Shown one piece after another: positions 39,401 to 55,131 of a stretch of 64,000 nucleotides of DNA. Within the stretch, counting starts at the first letter, position 1. Each line of letters opens with the position of its first letter. A program made the position numbers and the translations under genes. The notes under the pieces are model-generated. The model had not been told where the DNA came from and searched no databases. It worked only from the letters and a program-made list of their open reading frames with translations. This stretch comes from Eledone cirrhosa (Eukaryota): positions 234,732,001-234,796,000 of the forward strand of contig OZ024740.1 in NCBI GenBank assembly GCA_964016885.1, written 5' to 3'.

Positions 39401-39558
39401 GGCCCCATCATAGGTGCATCTCTTTTCTGCTGCTGGGTATCAAAATGTTTTTTTCTCGTCGTTTCTGTAGCGGTGAAAAGTTTTTACGGGGGTAGGGCTG
39501 CTAACCCCACGCCCCAACCCTCCTCCTTTCTCAACCGGGCTTGGGACCGGCTAAGGCA
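36420..39558 (-). mobile_element. Apparently full-length RTE-clade LINE (APE + RT; stop and frameshifts)
   Basis: APE motifs VGTWNV..GISE..VYAPT..GDFNA..IDY..SDH (38479-39411). RT motifs WRGITLLSVPGK, EQAGFR, GVRQGCILSPFLF, FADD, YLGS. (TAAGAC)n tail. TSD GAATT[A/G]TAAAG at 36409-36419 and 39559-39569. Confidence 0.95.
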
Positions 39559-39563
39559 GAATT
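39518..39563 (-). ncRNA. Twister ribozyme (3' cleavage product) at the RTE 5' end
   Basis: Minus strand reads aattctgcc-tta-GCCGGTCCCAAGCCCGG-ttgagaaa-GGAGGAGGG, matching the eukaryotic type-P1 twister core. The 5' P1 strand is absent. Confidence 0.8.
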
Positions 39564-39660
39564 GTAAAGACTTGTCTAAAAACATTAAAAACAACAAAAT
39601 ATGCCATATGCTTTGTCCCTCCTTTCTATCTTGACATCTGTGCTGTCCTAAATTCTACAG

Positions 39661-39821
39661 GTACCTGCTGTACACCTTGTTGGTAACATAGTGTGGACTC
39701 CTAGTGACTTCTTGCTATCCAACATTCCGGACACTGCACAGGCCATTGACAAGAAGGCTGTGTTGGTCGTGAGAAGTCATTGCTCCAGCTGGCTGCAACA
39801 AAAGAACCAGATCCTAACCAG
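39661..39821 (+). CDS. WASHC4: WASHC4 coding exon 11
   Basis: tacag/VPAVHLVGNIVWTPSDFLLSNIPDTAQAIDKKAVLVVRSHCSSWLQQKNQILT(R)/gtaaca. Confidence 0.95.
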
Positions 39822-40819
39822 GTAACACAAAAATCTCTTCCTTTGTTCTAATACATAGATGAGTTACAACTGTTATACATACAGTGCACTAATAGTGTAC
39901 TTCTACTTCATTTATATATTCATTATAATGAATAGGCAATGCACTTTTAACTGCATTTATTTTGTACATTTTCTGCACTCCTACTCTACTTTCACTGTAA
40001 TATTCTTACATTTTTACCACACTGACAAATTAATTCTACTGCACAATTAATTGTTGCATATTTTCTGCACTTATAATTTCTATTATTGCCTTCATTTGAT
40101 TATACATTTTGCAATATGCTTGTGTGTTTTTCATTCAGGAAACTTGTGCAGGCATGTATACATTCATGGTGATCAAAATGAGTAGCAAGACCCATCCAAC
40201 CTTTGCTTATATGTTAAAACAGTGACAGTGTGTAATAGTTGAATGTGTTCCTCACAATATGTTAAAAATTGATGGAGAGGACTCTTCAGTTGTATCAAGG
40301 ACAATGTCTCTAGTGTTGATGGTCTACACAATAAACACACCCTGTATATTCTGTAGTGGTTGGTGATTGAGAGGGCATCCAGCCATAGACATTCTGTCAA
40401 ACAAAGAGTCAGAAAGACTCTTCAGCTATGTCAAAGACAACATGACAGCCTCACTAGTGCTGGTGCCATGATAAAATTCATCCAGTGCACTCTGCTGAAT
40501 GCAGGAACATATGTGAGATGCTGGCCACTGGTCTGTCTGAGAGGCCAGTAGTTCTGATTAAATACTGACTTGGTCTGTGATGACCCATACAACCCTTGCT
40601 AGCAGAGAAAACAGACATTAAATGATGGTGATGATGATGATGCACATACTGTATGGTTTGTTGAGTTAGCTCTTTATAGTCATATACAGTCTTGCTGTAC
40701 ACTTTCTTCAGCCTTGTTTTATTATGTGATTGACTTTTTACTTGCTCGACTCTGCTTGCATCCATTTCTCTTTTTACAGGCACACGCATGTACACACAGC
40801 TGTCTATCTGCATGCTTGT

Positions 40820-41896
40820 ATGTATATAACAGATGTGTATATATAATAGATGTGTATATATAATAGATGTGTATATATAATAGATGTATATATAATAGAT
40901 GTGTGTATATAATAGATGTGCGTATATAATAGATGTATATATATAATAGATGTATATATATAATAGATGTGTATATAACAGATGTGTATATATAATAGAT
41001 GTGTGTATATAATAGATGTGTATATATAATAGATGTGTATATATAACAGATGTGTATATATAATAGATGTGTGTATATAATAGATGTGTATATATAATAG
41101 ATGTGTATATATAATAGATGTGCATATATAATAGATGTGTATATATAATAGATGGGTATATATAATAGATGTGTGTATATAATAGATGTGTGTATAATAG
41201 ATGTGTATATATAATAGATGTGTGTATATAATAGATGTGTGTATAATAGATGTGTATATATAATAGATGTGTGTATATAATAAATGTGAATATATAGTAG
41301 ATGTGTGTATATATAATAGATGTGTATATATAATAGATGGGTGTATATAATAGATGTGCGTATATAATAGATGTGTATATATAATAGATGTGTGTATATA
41401 ATAGATGTGTGTATAATAGATATGTATATATAATAGATGTGTATATATAATAGATGTGTATATAACAGATGTGTGTATATAATAGATGTGTGTATATAAT
41501 AGATGTGTGTATATAATAGATGTGTGTATATAATAGATGGGTGTATATAATAGATGTGTGTATATAATAGATGGGTGTATATAATAGATGTTTATATATA
41601 ATAGATGGGTGTATATAATAGATGTGAATATATAATAGATGGGTATATATAATAGATGGGTATATATAATAGATGTGTATATATAATAGATGTGTATATA
41701 TAATAGATGGGTGTATATAATAGATGTGTATATATAATAGATGTGTGTATATAATAGATGTCTATATATAATAGATGGGTGTATATAATAGATGTGTATA
41801 TATAATAGATGTGCATATATAATAGATGTGCATATATAATAGATGTGTATATATAATAGATGTTCGTATATAATAGATGTGCATATATAATAGATG
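40820..41896. repeat. About 17-bp minisatellite (AATAGATGTGTATATAT)n; residual units to about 42935 between inserted retroelements
   Basis: Directly visible tandem array. Units reappear at 42241-42297, 42585-42608 and 42887-42935. Confidence 0.95.
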
Positions 41897-42300
41897 TCAT
41901 CATCATCATCATCATTTCATTTTACGTCCGCTTTTTCCCTGCTTGCAAGGGAGGGACGGGAACTGATTCTGGCTTGATTTCTACAGCTGGATGCCCTTCT
42001 TAACACCAACCTCATTTACAGTGAGTGCTGGGTGCTTTTTTGCCGTGGCACCTACACGACCACTTTACAGTGGAATGATAGGGACCCCAGTCCCTATCAT
42101 CTCATTTCTACAGCTGAGTAAACTGGAGCAATGTGAAATAAAGTGTCTTGCTCAAGGAAACAACACATCACCCGGTCTGAGAATTGAACTCACAACCTTT
42201 CGATTGAAAGGCCAATGCTCTAACCACTAAGCCAAGTACGTATATAATATATGTGTTTATATAATAGATGTGTGTATATAATAGATGTGTCTATATAAAA

Positions 42301-42582
42301 AGTGTAAAGTCTGTCTTAAGCCAAAAGGCTCATTTGCCCAGCGCTTATCTCGGTTTCATGGCGTGAAGCGACTGAGAGTACAAGACTCCCCCCTTGACAG
42401 GACACCAGTCTATCGCAGGGTTAGACCCCCAGCTATTACTGGTACTCATTTTCAGCTGAGTATACTGGAGCAACATGAAATGAAGTGTTTTGCTCAAGAA
42501 CACAACACGCAACCCAGGAATTGAACCCACGAAATTATGATCGTAAGTCCAACACTCTTACCACTAGGCCATGTCCTCCACT
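42301..42582 (-). mobile_element. tRNA-derived SINE, type C (TAAGAC/AGACTTT tail; also 60249-60436 and 62877-63160)
   Basis: Head TGGCCTAGTGGTAAGAG..GGTTCAATTCC, body ..GATAGACTGGTGTCCTGTC.., tail GGCTTAAGACAGACTTT. Confidence 0.8.
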
Positions 42583-45500
42583 TCTATATAATAGATGTGT
42601 GTATATAATCATCATCATCATCATCATCGTTTAACGTTCATCTTCCACGCTTGCATGTGTTTGGACGGGAGTTTTCCCACTTGAGGCAAGAGTGGTTGTC
42701 TTGCTCGCATAGGACTGTCTGGCGGGTTTTCTACGGCTGGATGCCCTTCCTAACACCAACCACTTCTACAGTGTGGACTGGGAGGGTTTTACCGTGTTAC
42801 CTACACGGCCACATTACAGCGTGGACTGTGTGTTTTTTTGTCGTGACACCTACACGACCTCATTTGTTTCGGACTGGATGTTGTGAGATGTGTATATATA
42901 ATAGATATGTATATAATAGATGTGTGTAATAGATGTTGTGAACTCAAGTGATTCACTGCAACATCCAATAAATCTACCTCTCTACACTCACTTTCACTTT
43001 TGAACTATTTTTGTACCAATTGTTTCTATTCCATTGAAATTAAGGAGTTATTCACAGAAGTGAATGTAATTAGATTCAAAACAAATGACAGGTAACAAAA
43101 TATAAGTCAAAAACTCTGCACACAGACAACATCACTCTCATTTAACCCGTTAGCATTTACATTACTCTATATTTACTATTGTATTTTCACTGTAGAAGCT
43201 TTACCTCACATAATTATTTCACATAACATGAAATATATGACATTTTGATACTATTTATTTTAAGAACAATAACTTAACATCACTATTGAAAAGAAAGAGG
43301 TGACAGAATTCAGGTCAGATATGGCCTGTTTCAATGAGTTAAGTGTTAATCCACCTTGTGATCCCAGTGGACAGAATGGGGAAAACGTTACCATGGCGGG
43401 TGTAATAAACTGCTTTTCCTGAGTAATATGTAGTCAAGATCAGAACCTATCAATGACAGACCTTCACTATATTGATGATATTCTTGAGCCTTATTCTATG
43501 TTGATCTCCAGATCATGCTGCAACTGAGAATTACATTATCCTATCTTGTGCTACCTTCATTAGACTAACACTTATTCTAATCAATAACTGTCTGTTTCCA
43601 ATATTTATTGCAGTGCTTAGGACTATATCACATTCTTGGTTTCTCTGTCAGGAGCTAAAATGAACAAATTTAAGAAAAAGTCACATAGACTGTGATCTTC
43701 ATGAAAAGCTGTGCCCCTATACAAAATGTCATCTACCTAGGTGAAAAACTGTAACCTATAACTTGGAATACACTTATAATCACTTTTTATATATTGAGAT
43801 ATGTTTTGTGATACCAGGGATCTGCACCTGGAAATGTACTCTCCATGGTGCAGGCATAGGTAATGTGTTTTTCAAGAGCAGTCGTCATCTATACATATAC
43901 AACACACCTCTCTACATCATTGATGCTGCTCAATGATGTAGAGAGGCAAGAGCTGATACAGCTTGGCACCAGTGGCACTGCAAGCAAGCTCAGAATGCAA
44001 AAGGTTGAAAGTGACATTGCAAGGTATCATGTCTAACACTCTAACAACTCCACCAATCTACCTCCCTTTGTTGGCTCTTTATTTATCAACCCCCAAAATG
44101 ATGAAAGACAAAATTGACCTTGGTGAGGCTTAACCCTTTAGCATTTACATTACTCCATATTTACTATTATATTTTCATGGTAAAGACTTTATCTCACATA
44201 ATTATCTCACATATATCGAGATTTTGATATTATTTATTTTGAGAACAATACCTTAACATCAGTATGAATGGCTGATTACAGCTAGTCTGAACAGAAAGAG
44301 GTGAGAGAATTCTGGACTGATACTATGGCTGGTTTAAATGCTAAAGGATTAAACCTAGAGCACAGAGCGCTGCAACAAATACAGTGTAGCATTTAATCTG
44401 ACACTCTAACGGCTCTGTTATATAAGATGTACGTGTGTGTGTGTGTGTATACATACATAGATTTAACGTCATAAACTTAAGGATGACATAATATTGTTTC
44501 TCAATGATTTCAGAGTTTTGTGTGAGGGAGGGGATTGATGCATGGTTGCATGTCCTTAAAATTTATGTCTATGAATTACCAAGTTACCAAGTTTCAATTG
44601 ACTGAAGTTGCTTCTTTAATAGTTGCTGGTCCCAAGAGGGGTGATATTCATCCAGTTTGATAAAGCTATTGAAAGAACATATACACAGAAGGATTCAAAT
44701 ATTTAAGAATTTAAATCTAAATTTAAATGATTGGTGCACTTTGGATACATGTTTTGTATTACTAAAACTACTACAAATTAGCAGTTTAAACAAAACTACA
44801 TACATGAATAAATATTATTGCAAAAATATATTCCTTAATGTGCATATAACATTTTCAGAGCGAAATGCATATTTAATAATAAAAAAAGAAGTGTAGACTT
44901 TTTCTTGTCTTGTGGCTCTGAAACAACCAAAGTTTATTGTATGTGGTTCATACATTAAGTTTGGCCACCCATGATATATAGTTTTATTTATGGATTATAC
45001 ATTATACAATAGTTACATTAAACTTACTGTAGAATAAATGAAGATTGTGTGCAGTCACAAACACATTTTTATTTCCCATACTTGGTATGATACAAATATA
45101 CAACATAATATGAAAGAAAACCAAAGGAAACTAGACAAATATCTTCTCTCTCTCTGGACATGTAATAAAGTGGCCACTCTCAGTTCAAGGAAAAGGAAAC
45201 ATTGAATTAATCAAAACATCTCTTTTTCTATTTTTTTTTTTTTGTCAGCAAATTTCATGTAATTCTATTTTAACTGTATTTGTTGTTTTTTTTATTTCTT
45301 TTTATCTTTCCATAGGAAGAGGTCAGTACACAATTTTTGCTTTATTGTCTTTCCATGCTTTAACTCTGTATCTTTCTTGTTGACAAACAACTTCCAAAAA
45401 ACACTTCACATTAACCCATCCATTCTTGTATAGCAGTGTCCCCTAAACAGGACAGTCAGATAATTGTACAATATAAAGTATTTATTTCAATTTTAAGTGT

Positions 45501-45879
45501 TATTCACATTAGCTTTTCATACATCCAAACTATTGTATTTTGTTGGACTTCCGTCACTTCCAATGACAAGCACTCCAGTTGATTCAATCATTGGAACTGC
45601 CTACTCACAAAATTAACATGTGAATAGTATTCCACAGACGCGTGCACTCTTAGTATTCTCAGGGAGTTTCAGTGTGACACACTGTGTGACATAGTTGGGC
45701 TCTTGAGTTCCAGATACAACTCATTTTTGCCAGTTGAGTGGACTAAAACTATATGAAATAAAGTGTCTTGCTCAAGGACACAATGCACTGCCCAGTTCAA
45801 GAATCCAACTTACAACCTTAAGATCATGAGCTCAGAACTCTAACCATTCTACTTCTTTGTCTTCTGTTTTTCTTTTTTC

Positions 45880-47400
45880 TTATTCCTGGAGGGTCATATT
45901 AGAAGCAACTGTCTTCAATTGATCCATTTGGATCCCCAGAACAAGACCAGCTAAACTCATGGATGTTATCCAGCCACCTTACTCAATGTCTATCAAGAGG
46001 TCTCCTGCTGGCTGATTATAAACAGGAGAGATGACAGTATGCAGCCTTAGTGGAGTCTCACACCTTGATTCAATGATTTCAACTTAGCACCATTCATCCA
46101 AACACTAATACTAGAGACTTCATGGCAACAAAAAGCTGTTTATTGATCCCATACTCCATAACGGGTCCCATAGAATGCAGTTGTATGTCTTTTCGAGGTC
46201 TACGAAACAAGCATACACCTCTTGGTAATACTCCCATAATTTTTCAAAGACCTGCCACAATGTGAATATTTGGTTGGCTGTGCTGCATCTGGGGCAAAAA
46301 CCACACTGTAAGCTGGGAAGGCTTAACAAGGAGATCCCTCTATAATTAGAGTAATCTCACTTGTCTCCCTTTTTGAAAATGGGGATTATCATTCTCAATT
46401 GATATTGCTTAAATGTCTCTCTGGGTATCCAGGCCACCTGGTACACACTCAGCCGAAGAATACCTTCTCTATATAAGGCTTTTAAGATCTTGGGCTGAAT
46501 TGTATCCTCCTCAATGGCCTTGCCACATTTGAACTCTTTAATTGTCCTGATGGCTTCAGCTTCCGAAAGGTTAGTCATCACTCCTACATGCACCTCATGG
46601 ACATCTGAAGATGTTGTTTTGATCAAGTATAAGAAATCAACAAAGTATTCTCTACACCTCATAAGGATGCACCTTACAACACAGAGAACTCCTCCTGATG
46701 TATTCCTGATAGCAGGTGTGGACGGGGGACTTATTATGAAGTCTGTGGATGGTTTGCCAGAACATTTTATTTGCTGATCTGAAGTCGCATTCCACTTTGA
46801 TTCCAAAGTGCACTCATGTCTTAACTTTGGATGCCTTTACTGTATCTGCTGCAACTTTTTTGCACCTGCTCGTACCGCAAGCCAAGCTTTATAACCCTCC
46901 TTCTTTGCTCAGATAGCATCTTTGACTTCCAGATTAAACCAAAAGGTCCTCTTGCCACCCAGCACCACACTAAACCATTTTCGCCTGCAGCATTTAACAA
47001 CTGATGCAGAAACTGCTCAGCTGAACAGACTCCACTCAATTTCAACATCCTCAGTTTTCACAAGGAGTTCTCTGAATTTGGATGCACATACCTGGTCTTG
47101 ACCTCCTTATCAGCCAGTGCTTTTCACTTTATCCTGTAGGATAAACTGGACCTGCCAGTTTTTGTAGATAGTCACAGGGTGCAGATAACTAGATGGTGAT
47201 AAATTGACAGCTCAGCTCCTCTCTTAGCACAAACATCTGGCACAGAATCTAAGACATCAGTGACAATAACAAAATCAATTATTGATCTGTCCCAAATTAC
47301 CCTGATACCAAGTATATTTATGGATGTCTTTGTGCTGGAAGAAAGTGTTCATAATAGAGAGCCCATTACTAGAACAGATGTCCCTTATCTAAGGCCTGAA
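45880..47400 (-). mobile_element. Degenerate RTE-type LINE (APE-RT junction remnants)
   Basis: QCGFCPRCSTANQIFTLWQVFEKLWEY..CFVDLEKTY and IIPIFKKGDK, with many disruptions. Ends approximate. Confidence 0.75.
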
Positions 47401-48745
47401 CATGTCCCTTATTAATCTGTGCAAAGGACAATGCAGTATGATTCTTTTTGTTAACTCTCACCATATTGCAGTTTTCTTGGTCTTAGTACCAGTTCCAACC
47501 TGATACTTTTCTCAGATTCGTGAAGCCTAGGCTTTTTTAGAGGCAGCCTTTACTCTCCTTCTCATAGCTACATCACCAGGTTGTGAGAGTTTTCTTGCTC
47601 CATCTCCCCTAGTAATTTAACACTGTTGGTCAGGGATTGCTTATTCGTCCAGCAGGAGTCCACTTATATAGCAACTGACCATCATATCTGGTGGTCATAT
47701 CACTATCCTCCATTTGCAGCTCGATCTATAGCAGAATAGCTCTGCTGAGAACTAATCACTACACCTTGCACCTATTGTATAATCATCCGTTTATGACTTA
47801 TTCATCCACACTCTGTAGTCTTTCTGTTATTTAATCTAAAGTCAGCGATAAGCCAACTGATCTATGATTAAAGATGTGTTAGATGTAGCCATCATACATA
47901 GTATATCTAGGACTGCATTATCTTATGTGTTTTTCCTTTATCAGAGGTTGATAAACAAAGTACCGGTTCAGTACTTGAGTCAATTTGTCTCTCTCTATCA
48001 AGAAGAAATCCAGCTAAAAAACAGAGCAAGACGTGGTCACCTGATCTGTCTTGCCTCAGTAATGTGACAACCCATCTAATCCATGCAAGCATGGAAAATA
48101 GATTTAAACATTGATGTTGATAATAACTCACACATATATATCATCACAGAAGGGTCTCTTCTAATCATTAGATATAACTCCATCTCACAAGACTGTCAAT
48201 TTTTGTTTTTTACACAATAGCCTTATATTTGTGAAATCTACAACTAGTCGCTTTTAATTCTGGTGATCTGAGTTTATTTCGTAGTCATTCTTGCCCTTAA
48301 TTATATATTCCTATCTTAAATTCTTAAAAAACATTTTTTTTTTTACAAGATAAAAAGAAATACTCAATCATCCAATTACTTCTCTACCTATCTATCTTTG
48401 ATTATAGCATTCAGTATCTATTACACTTTGTCTCCTTAGTATTTAAATTGTCTTATCTCTCTTATCTCTATTGCTTTCTTGCTTAATTATGTTTATATTT
48501 CTTGGTTCTTTAATTATCTATCTATACAACTTCAGTAAATATCTATCGTACATGTCTCTCTCTCTTTCTCTCTCTCCAATTATATCACTCTTATTTCAAG
48601 TATACTGTCAACCTTACTCTTTGTTTTTCTTTCTATCTCCTGCATGTCATCAGTTCTTGTCTAAATTTCCAAACCAACTCCACATTATTAACAGATTTGC
48701 AAAGATTTAGATTATGTGTAATTAAGGATTAGAAACATTAATATA

Positions 48746-48944
48746 TCAGGGTCAGCTGAAAAATTCATAGGCTGACTATGAAGGTGTGATACTAGACCTG
48801 TGAAATCTTGCATGCATTAATTTCAACTCTTCTTTTTAATAACTGCATTGTTTTTTCCAGGGACTATCTTGAAAAATAAACCTTATTTTGTCATCCCATG
48901 AGGGTATCTTGGTTAGCCTATGAACTTTTCAGCGAACTCTCGTA
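48746..48944. mobile_element. mariner-like MITE
   Basis: Imperfect TIRs ..GCTGAAAAATTCATAGGCTGAC / GTTAGCCTATGAACTTTTCAGC..CTCGTA. Confidence 0.7.
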
Positions 48945-50149
48945 AATGTTATCAACTCTAATCTCACTGTAGCCATCATACTCTACATGTTGAAACCTAA
49001 GCACTAGTAGCCACCATTTAATAGTTCAAAGATTTTTTTTTTTTTACTGTTTAATCAGAAATTATGTATCATCAGCAGATAATTACATATTTGGGCAAAT
49101 TGCACTCTTTAGCAGGTGGCCCATGTCTTTGTAGTATGTGCAGTAGTGTGCACCACTTCGATAATGAATCTAGTAGTTCATGGTAACCTGACACATGACC
49201 TCTAATGAAAATATAGGAAGACCGCTGTAAGAGAAAAAACACATTATGGTGGTTGAATTCAAATTGTAGAATTTGTGCCAAAATAGAACTCAACCAGTGT
49301 TGTATACATATCAAGGTATATGCATATAGACATATATACACACATGTAAAAGCTGACTAATAATCCAAAGTCGAATATTCATCATCATCATCATCATCAT
49401 CTTCGTTTAACGCTCGCATGGGTTTGGACGGGAGTTTTCCCACTTGAGGCAAGAGTGGTTGTCTTGCTCGCATAGGACTGTCTGGCGGGTTTTCTACAGC
49501 TGGATGCCCTTCCTAACACCAACCACATTTACAGTGTGGAACTGGGAGGTTTTTACCGTGTTACCTACAAGGCCACATTACAGCGTGGACTGTGTGTTTT
49601 TTTTGTCGTGACACCTACTCAATATTTAAACAATATGAATAAAAATATGGAAAGCTCTAGCCTTACACAAGAGATAAGACAGTGAAACTGGGAGTAAAAA
49701 TACAAGGTTTACGAAAATCATTGATATTGATTCTTCAATCTTCAGTCAACGACTCACCCACTATATACATATATATATACACTGTATTTCCCAGTGCCGA
49801 AGACGCTTCGTCCTCAAGGAAGCACCCTAATTTTGACAACCAAAAGTTTGAAAAAAAATAATTGTTTCTACTTTAGGCACAAGGCCAGCAATTACCCAGT
49901 GCATTACTGGTACTTTATTTTATCGACCCCGTAAGGATGAAAGGCAAAGTCAACCTCGGCGGGATTTGAACTCAGATCGTAAAGGGTCGTAACTTTGCTG
50001 GAAAGCATGGCGTCCGACCTTCTACCGATACTGCCAATCCACCGCCATTTGAAAAAAAATAATAAACAACCATTGGCCTCGGACACATGGTAGATTTTTG
50101 AGACTTATTTTAGGAAAAAAGTAGAGTCTTCGACCCCCGGGAAATACGG

Positions 50150-52099
<1,950 letters not shown>

Positions 52100-52124
52100 C
52101 CACTTTTCCAGCGTTCATCTATAG

Positions 52125-52839
52125 CAGAGGTTCTCAAAGTGGGCGCTATACCCACTGGGGTGAGGCTTTGAGAAGATCCTGCCGGTACTGGGGCCTAAGG
52201 GGCCGGTGTGTAGAGGGGGGGGGGGGAGAGATGATATAATAGTACATTAAATATCAAATGATATATATATATATATATATATATATAGGAAATAATAAAT
52301 ATATAATATTTATTTATACATATGTTATTTATTATAGATAATTTAAAGATTTTATTTATTATATATTACTAGAAACACACAGACATACATTCACGCACAC
52401 CTATTACTTGTCAGTGTGTAGATGTGTGTGTGCGTTTAATTCTTTGAGGCTTAATGTACGTAACAAACTCACAAGCACACACGTATACAAAATGTGACAT
52501 TGTGGTGTGGTAATGGTAGTGGTGGTTTACTATAGTTGACTATAGAAAGATTATTTTAGGTAAAATGACATATTGTTTTAATCCAAATGAAAATAAAAAT
52601 TACATGTTGACACTCCTTGGGTCTAATACTATTAACCTTGTCAAATTTGATTTGGTCAAGCTGTTTGAGAATGCATAGGAACAGACAGACGGAGAGACAA
52701 AGAATTTTATATAGAGAGAGAGAGATTTACAACTTGCCTGTAGGCAGGTCTCTCTGGAAATATGGTTGGAGGGCGCTGAGGGTATTATGTAGCCGTGAGG
52801 GGGGGGGGGGGGGGGGGCACATAAGTTTGAGAACCTCTG
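52125..52839. mobile_element. hAT non-autonomous element
   Basis: TIRs CAGAGGTTCTCAAA / TTTGAGAACCTCTG. Perfect 8-bp TSD ATCTATAG. Confidence 0.92.
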
Positions 52840-53932
52840 ATCTATAGTGTTTAACCCTCTACTTAATTATTGTTTATTGTGTTTGACTATAATATATATT
52901 AATTGTGTTTATTGTTTATCTATTGTGTTTATTATGTTTAATTATTAAGTGTTTATTGTTTATTGTGTTCATTGTGTTTATTTATTGAGTTTATTTATTA
53001 TGTTTATTTGTGTTTATCTCTATTGTGCTTCAATCATCATCATCATCATCATCAACGTTTAACGTCCGTGTTCCACGCTTGCATGGGTTTGGACGGGGGT
53101 AGTCCCACTTGAGGCAAGAGTGATTGTCTTGCTCGCATAGGACTGTCTGGCAGGTTTTCTACAGTTGGATGCCCTTCCTAACACCAACCACATTTACAGT
53201 GTGGGTCTGGGAGGTTTTTACCGTGTTGCCTACACGGCCACATTACAGCGTGGACTGTGTGTTTTTTTGTCGTGACACCTACACGATCTCATTTGTTTCG
53301 GCCTGGATGGCGCGGCACCAACATAACTTTACATAGAACGGGTGGTGTGGATGGGGTGGTGGTGGTGGGACGGGGTGTATTTTGTTAGAGATGCCTACTG
53401 GCTGTAGTAGGTTTTACTATGTATTTAGGTAAGGCGGGTCTTCTCTGTTACTGAGTACCGCCAAAGGTCTCGGTCCAGTGACATTGTCTTGGAGAGGTGT
53501 AAGTGTGTATTGTTTAAAATTAAGTTTAACTATTGTATTTATCATTTTGTTTAACTATTGCATTTAATCTTACATAAAAATGTAAGGGCTTTCTTACATT
53601 TAGTTGCAGGCCGTTGGTTTGACTTATGATCAATCTCAGGCAGGCAGCGAATTGACAGAGTCATTAGAACATCGGATATAATGCTTTGCGGTATTCATTT
53701 TGTCTCTATGATCTCGTTCAAATCTCGCTAAGGTTAACATTTCCTTTCATTCATTCAAGGTACTAGTTTAGTACTGGAGCTGATTCTTCCTCTATATCTT
53801 TTTCTTACTTCCATTCTCTCTCACCTTCTATTCTTCTCTGGAAGAGATCTGCTGTATTCAGGCCTGGAGAGCGATGGGCTCTGCCAGGCTTAATATATCC
53901 CATGTCTTTGACCTTTCTTTTCTCCATTCCAG

Positions 53933-54050
53933 AGATATCCAGAGTTATTATACACAGGTTGGTATCTGGATGGTAAATATGGAGTCTAACCTATCTCGAG
54001 GCTCTTCAGTTATGCAAGATCTCAACAACAGGTGCAATCTGTTTATCCAG
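53933..54050 (+). CDS. WASHC4: WASHC4 coding exon 12
   Basis: tccag/DIQSYYTQVGIWMVNMESNLSRGSSVMQDLNNRCNLFIQ/gtaagt. Confidence 0.96.
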
Positions 54051-55005
54051 GTAAGTCTTTGTAAAATGATTTGCTGTTATTTTTTTTAATCACATAGTCA
54101 ATGGAAAGGGCAGTGCTCATGACCCTTTTCAAAAGCCTCCAAGACTGAAGAAGTGACTTGTATTTGTCTAGGTTAAAAGATATGTCCACATCACCGAGCA
54201 AGAAGCTCATTAGGTGAGTTTCTTATTTATTGTTTAGTCAGGAGGAAATGCAATGTCTATGACCCTTGTCAGGAGCTTCCAAAACTAGTGAAATGGAGGA
54301 ATGAAGGAAGGTATCCTTAAAATGGAGACTTGAACCAAATGCTTGCAACAGAGTTGTTAAAAACAGCCATGATCTAGATAGTAGTGTTAAACTAGGCAAC
54401 AGATAAAATCAACCATCTAAGTAAGCCATATTGAGATTTGAACTCAGAATACAAAGCTAGAACAATTACTGCAAAACATTCTATCTGATGTTCTAATGAC
54501 TCCACCCATCCACTGCTCCAAACTATTACTTTACAGTGTAGACTGGGCGCTTTTTGTAGGTGCCACAACAAAAAGCGCCCAGCACACACTGTAAATGTGG
54601 TTGGCATTAGGAAGGGCATCCAGCCGTAGAAACCGAGCCAAAATCAGTTCTGTGTGAGTGAAACATGGCCCTTCAACCTATTGTCTTACAAAGGGACAGC
54701 CTGTCCTACCCATGCTAACATGGAAAATGGACGTTAAACAATGATGATGATGATGATGTTGACCCCAGAAAGATAAAAGGCAAAGTTCGCATCTCATCTT
54801 TGTTTTTTTTTTTTCATTCTTTATCTCTTTATCACAATCCTCTCTCTCTTTGTCTCTCACCATCTCACCTTTTCTTTCCTCTACTTCCTCCTTTCTCCTC
54901 CCTTTCTCTCACCCCTCTTTGTGTCTTCTCTTTTTCCAACTTCTTTCTTCTCCTTCCAGTCTCAAACTATCTGCTATGTTACTATCGTTATCACTACCAT
55001 TGCAG

Positions 55006-55131
55006 GGTATCTTGTATGCATACAACATCAGCCACCTGGTACGTACTGTGATGAACCTACACTTGTTACTACAGAAAGCAATGACCAAAACTGCAGTGAT
55101 TGCCCTCTGTAAACTGCTTGAATTACTTAAA
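55006..55131 (+). CDS. WASHC4: WASHC4 coding exon 13
   Basis: tgcag/GILYAYNISHLVRTVMNLHLLLQKAMTKTAVIALCKLLELLK/gtaagt. Confidence 0.96.

Noticed and set aside
36428-39411. RTE as an active autonomous element
   Set aside because: The single ORF is split by a stop and frameshifts (near 38479-38408 and 37680), unless these are assembly errors.
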